A DNA stretch of 64,000 nt from contig OZ250165.1 in the NCBI GenBank assembly GCA_965238005.1, positions 3,872,001-3,936,000 on the forward strand, read 5' to 3'. Made by a program: the position numbers and the translations under genes. This DNA is from Longimicrobiales bacterium (GTDB lineage: Bacteria; Gemmatimonadota; Gemmatimonadetes; Longimicrobiales; Gaopeijiaceae). The notes below the pieces were generated by a model. That model was given only the letters and a program-made list of their open reading frames with translations. It did not search any database and was not told the DNA's origin. Below are positions 21,735 to 30,747 of the stretch, in pieces; position 1 is the stretch's first letter, and every line of letters begins with the position of its first letter.

Positions 21735-23327
21735 TTGGCCAGCATCGCCGTAGCAGAAGCCCAACCCGACGTCCTCAAAGCCCTTCGGTCCCTCGGGGGA
21801 CGGGGCACGGTGGGCGACGTCGTATCCGATGCCGGACTCCCCCGCGACCAGGTGGAGGCCTCTCTCAAGGGCCTCCTGGAGACCCACCAGGGACACCTGG
21901 AGGTCTCGGAGTCGGGAGAGCTCGTCTACCTCTTCGACCGGAAGCTGATCCGGCGCGACCGGGTCTCGACGCTGGAGCGCATCAAGAACTCGACCAAGAC
22001 GTTCCTCACGGGTGCGTTCAAGGCATGGATCGTCACCATGCTCGTCGTCTATTTCGTGGTGTTCGTGGCCCTGGTCATCGCGGCCATCATGGCGATGATG
22101 TCCAGAGGCGGCAGCCGAAGGAGCGGGGGGGGGAGCTGGGGACGCGGTGCCGGGAGGCATCACGGCCACTTCCACATCCCGAGCTTCTGGCTGTGGTACT
22201 ACATCTGGACCCCGCGCTGGCGTCTGGGTCGGCCGTACTACGGCCACCGCTGGGAGAGGACGCTGGAGAAGGACAACCGCCCCCCCTTCTACAAGAAGGT
22301 CTTCGCGTTCGTCTTCGGCCCGGACCGGCCCAAGCCCACGCAACAGCAGCTCGACCGCTCGACGATAAGGCTGATCCGGGCGCGGAAGGGCGTTCTGACC
22401 ACGACGGAGCTCATGGAGCACAACGCTCTCCCCCGTCCCGACGCCGAAGAGGAGATGGGGCGGCTGCTGGGATCGTACGCCGGTGAGCCCACCGTGTCCC
22501 GCGACGGAGAGCTGGTCTACACCTTCCCCGAGCTCATGGTGAGCGCTCACGGACCGGTGACCGCCAAGGAGCCCAATCCGGCCTGGCTGCGGCTGCAATA
22601 CCCACTGGAGCTCACGGGCAACGAGAAGAAGCACGACGCCGTCATCATCGGGATGAACGGCTTCACCCTGTTGGCGGGGGCGACGGCGCCTTGGTTCATC
22701 TTTCCGCAACTCGGCATCGCCGGGCCTGCCGCTTTCGTCGGACTCGTCCTGGTACCGGTGGTGTTCAGCGTGCTCTTCTTCGGTGTGCCCCTCCTGCGCA
22801 TGATGGGCGTGCGCCGCGAGAACAAGGCGCGGAAGGCCCGGAACGTGAGACGCCTGGTCCTGGGGATGGTCTATCGCGAGGCCCTGGCCGGAAGAGGGGC
22901 AGTGACGGTGGAGGGAGCCGTAGGCTACGTCCGTAACCGGCTGACGGACCAGCCCTTGGATCATTCCGCAGTGGAGGCCGCGCTCCACGACCTGGCGGCC
23001 GAGCTGGACGCCGACGTGTCCTCCGCGGCCGATGGGGCGCTGGTGTTCACTTTCCCGGCGATCCGACGTGAGTTCGTGGCCAGCGAGACCATCCGTCGGG
23101 AGCTGACGCTCGAGGACCGCGAGCTGGGTGATGTCGTCTACTCGAGCGCCGACACGCCACAGGAGGCCGCCGAGCGCGACATGGCCGACTTTGACCGCCA
23201 GCTCGCCGCCGCGGAAATGGACCTGAGCGGTTACCTTCCCTCCCCTGGCCGCACGGGCTTCGAGGACGACTACGAGATCCTCGCGTTCGATGAGGAGTTG
23301 AGAGGCCGCCGCATCAAACAGGGCTAG
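21735..23327 (+). CDS. Conserved hypothetical membrane protein with three repeated modules
   Basis: 530 aa with TM segments; S.xG.LV[YF].F motif three times. Confidence 0.7.
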   Translation: MASIAVAEAQPDVLKALRSLGGRGTVGDVVSDAGLPRDQVEASLKGLLETHQGHLEVSESGELVYLFDRKLIRRDRVSTLERIKNSTKTFLTGAFKAWIVTMLVVYFVVFVALVIAAIMAMMSRGGSRRSGGGSWGRGAGRHHGHFHIPSFWLWYYIWTPRWRLGRPYYGHRWERTLEKDNRPPFYKKVFAFVFGPDRPKPTQQQLDRSTIRLIRARKGVLTTTELMEHNALPRPDAEEEMGRLLGSYAGEPTVSRDGELVYTFPELMVSAHGPVTAKEPNPAWLRLQYPLELTGNEKKHDAVIIGMNGFTLLAGATAPWFIFPQLGIAGPAAFVGLVLVPVVFSVLFFGVPLLRMMGVRRENKARKARNVRRLVLGMVYREALAGRGAVTVEGAVGYVRNRLTDQPLDHSAVEAALHDLAAELDADVSSAADGALVFTFPAIRREFVASETIRRELTLEDRELGDVVYSSADTPQEAAERDMADFDRQLAAAEMDLSGYLPSPGRTGFEDDYEILAFDEELRGRRIKQG

Positions 23328-23403
23328 TGTTGTACGGGGCTCACATCATGATCCCCGTCGACCCCAGGTAACACGCCGAAGGACCGATACACCCGGAGGG
23401 CAT

Positions 23404-23436
23404 GAGGGCCCCGACCTCCCGCGGGTCGGGGCCCTC
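23404..23436. terminator. GC-rich hairpin between convergent genes
   Basis: 13-bp perfect stem GAGGGCCCCGACC/GGTCGGGGCCCTC. Confidence 0.6.
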
Positions 23437-23437
23437 T

Positions 23438-24469
23438 TCATGCGTAGTAGCGGGACAGCCCCTTCGACCTGACGACTTCCTGGTCCTTCGTCACGATCAT
23501 GGCCTCGGCGTCGGGCAGCCGATCGATCAAGTCCAGTCCCTCCCGGGGCCCCAGAACCATTACCGCCGTGGAGAGCGCATCGGCCGCCATGGCAGACGTC
23601 GTCACCACCGAGACCGCGCTCGTGTGATCGGGGGACCTACCCGTCCGGGGATCGACGATGTGGTGATGGCGCCGGTCCGCCGAGAGGTACTGCATGTAGT
23701 CCCCCGAAGTCGCCACGGACTCACCCCGAAGCTCGAGAACCTCCAGATGCCGGTCCACGGCGCGGGGGTCCTGGATCGCGACCGTCCATCCGTCGCCCCA
23801 CAGTCCGTCTCCCGATGACGACATCTCGCCACCCGCGTTCACCAGGACGCTCTCGGCGCCCCGACCCACCAGTGTGGCCACCGCCCGGTCCACGATGTAG
23901 CCCTTTGCGATGCCGTCCACTGTGATGGCCATCCCCGGCTTACCCAGGGCGATCCTCTCTTCGCTGACCGCCAGCTCGTGGAAGTCCACCAGGGTCAGAG
24001 CCCGCCGCAGGTCCGTGTCACTCGGCGGCCCACCGGTCCTGGAGAAGCTCTCGGAGTACAGGGTCAGGAGAGGGGCCACCGTGACGTCGAAGGCCCCCTC
24101 GGTCATGGCCGAATACTCGACGGCTCTCGACAGCACCTCCACGACTTCGGGAGCCGGTCCCGAAAGGAATCCGTGGCTGTTGAGGCGCCAGATGTCGGTG
24201 CCCTCCCGGTGGCGGCTGAGCAGACCTTCGAGACGCTCTATCTCGTCGAAGGTCGCGCTCATCATCTGCCGGGCCACCGACCCGTCTTGGTGCACGACGG
24301 AGATCTCGACCAGGGTCCCCATCTGTGTGTGGGTCTCGCTTATGCGGTGGAGCCCGGCTCGGCGCACCACGGCCTTCACGAGCCCGCCGCCGGCCAGCAG
24401 GCCCACACCGGACAAGGCCGCGATCCGCAGGACGTGGCGCCTGGAGACGTCGGGACCGGCGCGCTCCAC
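23438..24469 (-). CDS. apbE: FAD:protein FMN transferase
   Basis: Tat-like SRRHVL; MGT, AFDVTVAPL, GIAKGY, ATSGDY, HIVDPRTG, ADALST. Confidence 0.93.
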   Translation of the reverse strand: MERAGPDVSRRHVLRIAALSGVGLLAGGGLVKAVVRRAGLHRISETHTQMGTLVEISVVHQDGSVARQMMSATFDEIERLEGLLSRHREGTDIWRLNSHGFLSGPAPEVVEVLSRAVEYSAMTEGAFDVTVAPLLTLYSESFSRTGGPPSDTDLRRALTLVDFHELAVSEERIALGKPGMAITVDGIAKGYIVDRAVATLVGRGAESVLVNAGGEMSSSGDGLWGDGWTVAIQDPRAVDRHLEVLELRGESVATSGDYMQYLSADRRHHHIVDPRTGRSPDHTSAVSVVTTSAMAADALSTAVMVLGPREGLDLIDRLPDAEAMIVTKDQEVVRSKGLSRYYA

Positions 24470-24480
24470 CCTGTAGCCGC

Positions 24481-26775
24481 CTAGCGTCCCGTCGTCTGGA
24501 GCTGAACCAGCCGCGACTGCACGTCATCCATGTCGTGTAGGCAGACTCCGGCCTTCGTCAGGAGCTTGACCTCGCAGATGTTGCACCGGACGCACTCCTT
24601 GAAGTCCACGTCGGGACCGGAGATGGCGCCAGTGGGGCAACTCTGCTCACACACCTTGCAGACATCGCACTGCTTGACCCGTGGGATGCGGAAGATCGAG
24701 ATGAAGGAGGCGACGCCGAGGGCGGCGCCCAGCGGGCACGCGTACCGGCAATAGAACCGAGGGATGACGGCGGAGGCCAGAAGAATGCTGCCCGCGATGC
24801 TCCACATCAGAACGGAAGAGCTCAGGAAGAACACGGTTCCGAACGGCTCGAAGAACCCATATATGGAGATGTCGCTCCGGACCAGGGCTAGGACGACGAT
24901 GACGGCGAGGATGCCGTACTTGATGTAGATGGCCCGTTCGTGGATTCGCCTGGGCATCTTGCGCTGGAAACGCTTGGGTATCACGCGTTCCATGAAGTCC
25001 TGCAAAGCGCCGAACGGACAGAGGAATCCGCAGAACACCCGGCCCCAGAGCAGGGTCGTCACGATCGTGAAGACGATCAGCAGCAGCATGGCCAAGTCGC
25101 CGAGATAGACCCCTGGCCCTCCGGCGATGCCGCTGGTGATGTGCGATACGGACAGGAACCCACCGTCGACCCAGCCCAGATAGACGAGGGTCCCGCCAAG
25201 AGCCACCCAGCGCGCTGCCACGCCCTTGAAGAGGAATGCGTTCATGGCGAGTCCGAGGATGATGAGCAGTCCGACGACCCGGCTCCAACGGGTCTGCGCG
25301 AGCATCACGGAGAGCGCGGACTCGTCCTCCTCGTCCGAGAAGTCGAACTCGAAGCCCGGGGCGGCCTGGTCCGTCGGAGATTGCGCCGGATCCGCGGCAG
25401 CCGGCGCCGACTCGGCTTCCGGCGCCTCGGGCTGAAGAGTGGCGCCGTCCCCGCTCTCCACGGGCGCCGTGTCCCCTCCGTTCGTCCCGTCGGTGCCGCT
25501 TTTCCGGTCGCTTTCGTTGGCGCCGGTCGTGCCAACTCCCTCGCCGGACTCCGGTCCGGACGCGTTCACCGACGTCGTGGCGACCTCAGCAGCCTTGCTG
25601 TCCGACGATGCCACGGCATCGGTCTGGACGGGAGTCGAGCCTCCCCGAACGAACCTCAGGACGTCCGGGGGCACCGTGTACTCGATGTCGAAGGGATCGC
25701 CCTGCTCGTCATCGTACCGAATCGTGAACGGCTGGCTCAGGTCCACAGCACGGTCCACCAGCAGCATGGCCGAATAGAACACCTGCTCCGCCATCTTCCC
25801 CTCTGCGGGCCGTCCCCAGTAGACGACCTGGTTCCTGGGCAGGGGGTACGACTCTCCACCCTGTAACACCGTGAGGGCCCTGGGCCGGAAGCCGGCGATG
25901 AAGCTCCCGTCGAGTCCGAGGATCATCAGGTGGTAGTCCTCGTGCCGGGGACCCACCTTATGGACCATCGACGCGTACGCGTCGCCGCCGACCAGGATAT
26001 CGCCGAGTCGCTCGTTGCCCACGTACGCGAAGGAGAGGTCGAGCCCGAGGGCGTTATAGCGGACCACCTCCATCTTCGCGATGAGGCCGCTGGAGACCAG
26101 CTCGAGCCAGGTGAACTGCTCGAGCGCGGCGGCGGTCACACCACCGCCGCTGGATGCCGCGATCACCGTGGGTGCGGACCGGCGCAGATAGGCCATGGCC
26201 ACCCGACGAGCCGAGTTCCGGATGCCCCGTGCCATGGCCCCCATGCTGATGGTAGCTCCGCTGATGCCGTCGATGTCCCGGTAGATCCTGAACGCGTCCG
26301 CGACGTACTTGCCCGTGAACTGCGCCTCGACGCCGGGGGCCCTGAGGAAGTCACCCCTGGAGGCGGCCAGCGCCTCGTGGTGCGCGACCACGGCGGCCCC
26401 GGTCAGGTTACCGGTCAGGTCGACTCCCACCAGGACCTGGATGGATCCGCTGTATCCGAACTCCTCCGGGGGCAGGTCGGACGACAGGAAAACGTAGCCG
26501 ATCGATCTCCGGGACGTGCCGTTCGGATCGTCGGCGAAGGCGTGATAGACAGGCGGATCGCCAACCTTGTCGGAGAAGCTCGTAGCACCAGGCATCACCC
26601 TGGTGAGCAGCTCATCGTCGATGCGAAGGGGGATTTGTGCGACGGCGCTTCGTGGCAAAAGCAGGAGTGGCAGAAGCAGGAGAAGAGCCAGGGCCCGAAT
26701 GCCCCACACCTGGAGCGCAGGCCGGATCCTCGAACGACATCTCCTACCCTTCCCGGGCATATTCCTCAGCATCAT
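24481..26775 (-). CDS. NosR/NirI-like FMN-binding and 4Fe-4S membrane protein
   Basis: GYSG, DGISGATIS flavinylation motif, GRVFCGFLCPFGALQ, RFYCRYACPLGA, CxxCxxCxxxCP. Confidence 0.85.
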   Translation of the reverse strand: MMLRNMPGKGRRCRSRIRPALQVWGIRALALLLLLPLLLLPRSAVAQIPLRIDDELLTRVMPGATSFSDKVGDPPVYHAFADDPNGTSRRSIGYVFLSSDLPPEEFGYSGSIQVLVGVDLTGNLTGAAVVAHHEALAASRGDFLRAPGVEAQFTGKYVADAFRIYRDIDGISGATISMGAMARGIRNSARRVAMAYLRRSAPTVIAASSGGGVTAAALEQFTWLELVSSGLIAKMEVVRYNALGLDLSFAYVGNERLGDILVGGDAYASMVHKVGPRHEDYHLMILGLDGSFIAGFRPRALTVLQGGESYPLPRNQVVYWGRPAEGKMAEQVFYSAMLLVDRAVDLSQPFTIRYDDEQGDPFDIEYTVPPDVLRFVRGGSTPVQTDAVASSDSKAAEVATTSVNASGPESGEGVGTTGANESDRKSGTDGTNGGDTAPVESGDGATLQPEAPEAESAPAAADPAQSPTDQAAPGFEFDFSDEEDESALSVMLAQTRWSRVVGLLIILGLAMNAFLFKGVAARWVALGGTLVYLGWVDGGFLSVSHITSGIAGGPGVYLGDLAMLLLIVFTIVTTLLWGRVFCGFLCPFGALQDFMERVIPKRFQRKMPRRIHERAIYIKYGILAVIVVLALVRSDISIYGFFEPFGTVFFLSSSVLMWSIAGSILLASAVIPRFYCRYACPLGAALGVASFISIFRIPRVKQCDVCKVCEQSCPTGAISGPDVDFKECVRCNICEVKLLTKAGVCLHDMDDVQSRLVQLQTTGR

Positions 26776-26901
26776 TCTCCCATGGGCGATCGCGGCCTAG
26801 AAATGGCCCACTGTACTTCTTCAACGGCCTGCTAGACGAACCCGGGCCTAATGGGAGCTTCAACGCGTGGGTCAGGTGTGTCAAGAATCGGCTCGATCTC
26901 G

Positions 26902-28563
26902 CTACCATAGCTTCTCGATCTCGTCCTCCAGACCGGTCATCTCCCAACGAATGAGCGAAACGGGGATCATCCCGGCGGCGTGGAACTCGTCGATGAAGCG
27001 CCCGAGGCTGAACTCGTCACCGAGCTGCTGGGCCCGATCCGCCAGCAACTTGTCGATGGACACCTTCCCGATGACATAGCTGGTCCCGTATGTGGGCTGC
27101 TCCAGGTAGAGCTGCTGCTCACCCCACACCGTGTTGCTCTCCGGGGGCATCCAGCCCCGCGGAGTCCACTTGGCCGCGAAGTCGACAGCGTCCTGGATGG
27201 TGTACTCGTTGCTGTGCATCCTGAGTCCGGCCAGCGCCCGGGCGGCTCGCTGGGCCAGCAGGATGTAGACCAGCTCCTGCGCCCTGGGGAGGTCGTCCAG
27301 GTATCCCGCCCCCATGACCAGCTCCTCCATCCCGGTGGCGAAGCCTTCGGCCCGGGGGGACCAGATGTTGTAGAGGAGCGGGACCCTCCGAATGGGGCTC
27401 GCATGCGGCTCGGCATCCATTCGGGCCAGGTCGAACCAGTGGGTGCCATGGGCCCGCATGGGCAGGAAGTTCCGGTAGCTCACGTTGTTGAAGAACCCGA
27501 CGTCGCCCGTGGGGGGCGAGAATCGCCCCTCCCGAGCCATGAGCGCGGGCGCCGCATAGTCGGGGACGGTGAAGAAGTCCTCCCGATCGAGGAAGTCGAT
27601 GAACGCGCGCACGGCCGCACGGTACTGCCTCTGGTACTCCGCCTCCGCGTCCACCATCTCGAGCTCGGGCAGGTCGCGGTTCTTGTTTTCCAGAAGCTTC
27701 AGGTAGGCCCACGACCGTCCCAGCTCCCGCTCGACTATGGCAACCTGGTCGGCCCACGTGTAGGGCAGGAGCTGAACGTTCTTGAGGTACCAGTCGTATT
27801 CCTCCACCCCCACGCCCGAGAGGGCCGTCATCGATTGGTGCCGCTCTTCGATCCACGCCGTGAAGTCGTCCACCGCGGCCTGGGCTCGCTCCGTGTCGGC
27901 CGAGAGCTCCGGGTTGTCTGCGGCCACCCGCTCCGCCAGGCCTCCCAGCGTCCGGCTCACCCCCTGCATCACTCGGATGCTGAGGAACCAGAGGTCGGCG
28001 GCGTCCACCACGAGGTTGCCCTTGGCCTGCTCGAGGACGGCCGGAATGGCGCGGACACGGTCGTGAAGCTCGGCCGCGCTGGGCTCGGAGAGGGGGAATT
28101 GGTAGGTCCAGAGCTCTATGACGCCGTGCATGACCTCGCCCTCGCGGGCGGGCACATCAGTCTGCGATCCGTGGATGAGCATGTAGAAGGCGGGGTTCCG
28201 AGCCCACGGCCGGAGAACCCGATGGTCGAACTCGAGCCCGTTCATCTCGGCACGGACGATGTGGTAGTCCACCTGCTGGGAGACGGGCCACCCCTCTGGA
28301 TCGATGGCGGCTAAGCGGGTCTGATGGCGGGCCAGCTCCTGCTCCTGGCGGGCCATGGCCGCTGCGGCGTAGTCGGGCACCCCGTCGGTAAGGGTGGGCT
28401 TCTGGACGTCGCGCCAGTCGTCGTGGAGCGTGAGAAGGTACTCGTACCGGGTGCTCTCGGCCGCGTCTTCTCCTCCGGTGCCCGGCGCCCCCTGGCAGGA
28501 TGAAAAGAAGAGCAGGGATGCGAGTACGACGGCGGGGCGGCCCCTCACAGTGCGCGGTTGCAT
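26902..28563 (-). CDS. DUF885-family lipoprotein
   Basis: Lipobox FSSC; AEGFATGME, PTYGTSYVIGK, FSLGRFIDEF. Confidence 0.7.
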   Translation of the reverse strand: MQPRTVRGRPAVVLASLLFFSSCQGAPGTGGEDAAESTRYEYLLTLHDDWRDVQKPTLTDGVPDYAAAAMARQEQELARHQTRLAAIDPEGWPVSQQVDYHIVRAEMNGLEFDHRVLRPWARNPAFYMLIHGSQTDVPAREGEVMHGVIELWTYQFPLSEPSAAELHDRVRAIPAVLEQAKGNLVVDAADLWFLSIRVMQGVSRTLGGLAERVAADNPELSADTERAQAAVDDFTAWIEERHQSMTALSGVGVEEYDWYLKNVQLLPYTWADQVAIVERELGRSWAYLKLLENKNRDLPELEMVDAEAEYQRQYRAAVRAFIDFLDREDFFTVPDYAAPALMAREGRFSPPTGDVGFFNNVSYRNFLPMRAHGTHWFDLARMDAEPHASPIRRVPLLYNIWSPRAEGFATGMEELVMGAGYLDDLPRAQELVYILLAQRAARALAGLRMHSNEYTIQDAVDFAAKWTPRGWMPPESNTVWGEQQLYLEQPTYGTSYVIGKVSIDKLLADRAQQLGDEFSLGRFIDEFHAAGMIPVSLIRWEMTGLEDEIEKLW

Positions 28564-28643
28564 GCCGAACCTCCTAACACAGACGCCTTAGTGTCCCGTT
28601 GCCAAAGTGTCTCGGCCAGTCGAGGGCACATCAGGCGGTCTCT

Positions 28644-29588
28644 TCAGCCTTCACGGCGGGGCGCCGGCGGGAGCGCATCCACGAACTCTTCCATGCGGCG
28701 GCGCATGGTCGCATCGGGCAGTCTTCCGGTGGCCGCTCCGATGTTGTCCACGGCGTGGTGCGCCTTGGTGGTGCCCGGGATCACCGCCGTCACCGAGGGG
28801 TGCGAGACGACGTACTTGAGGAAGAACTGGCCCCAGCTCACGCAGTCGATCTCCGACGCCCAGTCGGGTAGCTCCCGATCGCCGACCCGTGAGAACAAGC
28901 GCCCCCGGCCGAACGGAAGGTTGACGAGCACCCCCATGCCGCGGTCGGCGGCCAGAGGAAGAATGCGGTCCGCGGCGGCCCGTGCGTCGGCGGCATAGTT
29001 GATCTGGATGAAGTCGAGCTCCGCCCGGCGCATGATCTCCTCCATCTCCCCGTACTGCCGGGTGCTCGACGTGGTGACACCCAAGTACTTGATGCGCCCC
29101 TCCTGCTTCCACTCCCGGAGCGTGGGCAGCTGTGCCTCCCAGCCCCGCAGGTTGTGGACCTGCATGAACTCGAAGTGATCGGTGTGCATGCGCTCCATGG
29201 AGCTCTCCATCCGAGCGATGCCCGATTCACGATCTTCCCGGTCCACCTTGGTCGCCAACCACAGGTTCTCGCGGATGCCTAGATCGGCCAGCAGGTCGCC
29301 GACGATGGTCTCGGAGGCGCCGTAGTTGGGCGACGTATCCAGAACTCGGCCGCCGAGCTCGTGAAACGTCTGAAGCGTCTTGCGGAACTCGGCGGTGTCC
29401 TGCGCCCAGCCTTCACCTAGCCGGTAGTTGCGCGCCCCGAGTCCGACGACAGGGACGCGTTCGCCCGAGGACGGTATCGGCTTCGTGATGAGCTCGGATG
29501 TCTGGGCCGGAAGAGGCCGGCAGCCGAGGAACAATGAAGCTCCTGCACCCGCTCCGATCTTGATCGCTTCACGACGCGTGAACTTCAT
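28644..29588 (-). CDS. Aldo/keto reductase with Tat signal
   Basis: TRREAIK; DTSPNYG, LATKV, QVHNL, VIPGT. Confidence 0.9.
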   Translation of the reverse strand: MKFTRREAIKIGAGAGASLFLGCRPLPAQTSELITKPIPSSGERVPVVGLGARNYRLGEGWAQDTAEFRKTLQTFHELGGRVLDTSPNYGASETIVGDLLADLGIRENLWLATKVDREDRESGIARMESSMERMHTDHFEFMQVHNLRGWEAQLPTLREWKQEGRIKYLGVTTSSTRQYGEMEEIMRRAELDFIQINYAADARAAADRILPLAADRGMGVLVNLPFGRGRLFSRVGDRELPDWASEIDCVSWGQFFLKYVVSHPSVTAVIPGTTKAHHAVDNIGAATGRLPDATMRRRMEEFVDALPPAPRREG

Positions 29589-29681
29589 TCTGAGGCGGCC
29601 TCCCAGTTGCAGCCTGGATTCCGGGAGGATATCGTCGGCGGTCCGTCTCCGCCACCGACTCACTGATCCCTCGGAGCGCTC

Positions 29682-30617
29682 TTGGACCTCGTCCTCCTCG
29701 TCCTCGCACTTCTGGCCCTCTGGCAGGGGACCGATTTCGCTATCGAAGGCGCCCTCCGGCTCAGCGAGCGCTTCGGCGTCTCACAGGGATTCATCGGGCT
29801 GACCGTTTTGGCCATCGGGACCGGGCTGCCCGAGCTCGTCGTGGGTGTCGTGGGCGGCATGGAGCAGCTGGGCGGGATCGAGGCGTCGGGGGTCGTCGTC
29901 GGCAACGTTACCGGCAGTGTAGTTGCGCAGGGCGCCCTGGTGCTCGGGTTGTCGGGTCTCTTCACCTACCTGCGCCTCGCTCCCCGCATGATCCGCCGGG
30001 ACGGGATCATCCTGCTGCTTGCCATAGGCCTCTTTACGCTGGTGAGCATCGACGGACGCATCGGTCGCGCTCAGGGGGCGGTCCTCATCCTCGGGTATGC
30101 CATCTATCTGGTCGCCCTCGTCCAGTCCGAGCGAAACGGGGAGTACACCCCGAAGCCATCGCAGCGGCGGGCCATCGTCGACTTCGCCACCGTGGCCCTC
30201 GGCATGGCGACCGTCGTCGTCGCGGCGCACGTGGTGGTCACCCGGGCCGTCTCCATCGCCGAGGCCTGGAACGTCAGCCAGACCGTGATCGGCATCTTCC
30301 TCGTGGGGGCCGGCACCAGCCTGCCCGAGATGGCCGTCTCCGTCCGCGCCGCTTTGAAGGGGCAGGCCAGCATCTCGGTAGGAAACGTGATCGGGAGCAA
30401 CACCTTCGATCTGATGGTCCCGTTGGGCGCGAGCTCCGTGCTCTTTCCGCTTGCCGTCAACCGGGACTCGCTGGTAATCGACGTACCCGTCATGGCGCTG
30501 GTCACCGTGGCGATGCTGATCTTCTTCATCCGGAAGAAGGGTCTCCAAAGGGGCGAGGCGGCGTCACTCGTCCTCATGTACGTGGGCTACCTTGTCCTCC
30601 GGGTCTTCATCGTCTGA
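29682..30617 (+). CDS. Calcium/sodium antiporter (CaCA, YrbG-like)
   Basis: Two alpha repeats GT(G/S)LPE and GNVIGSN. Confidence 0.9.
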   Translation: MDLVLLVLALLALWQGTDFAIEGALRLSERFGVSQGFIGLTVLAIGTGLPELVVGVVGGMEQLGGIEASGVVVGNVTGSVVAQGALVLGLSGLFTYLRLAPRMIRRDGIILLLAIGLFTLVSIDGRIGRAQGAVLILGYAIYLVALVQSERNGEYTPKPSQRRAIVDFATVALGMATVVVAAHVVVTRAVSIAEAWNVSQTVIGIFLVGAGTSLPEMAVSVRAALKGQASISVGNVIGSNTFDLMVPLGASSVLFPLAVNRDSLVIDVPVMALVTVAMLIFFIRKKGLQRGEAASLVLMYVGYLVLRVFIV

Positions 30618-30747
30618 CCTCGGGGGGGGATCGAAGGTAGGGCGTTGACGTGCTGGCACGGCTGCGGCATGGCGGTCCTCCTTTCCTTGCGTGAGGCCGG
30701 TGGCGCGTGCTCCGCGGCCAGTCGAGGGACGGGCTTTCGAGTTCGTC

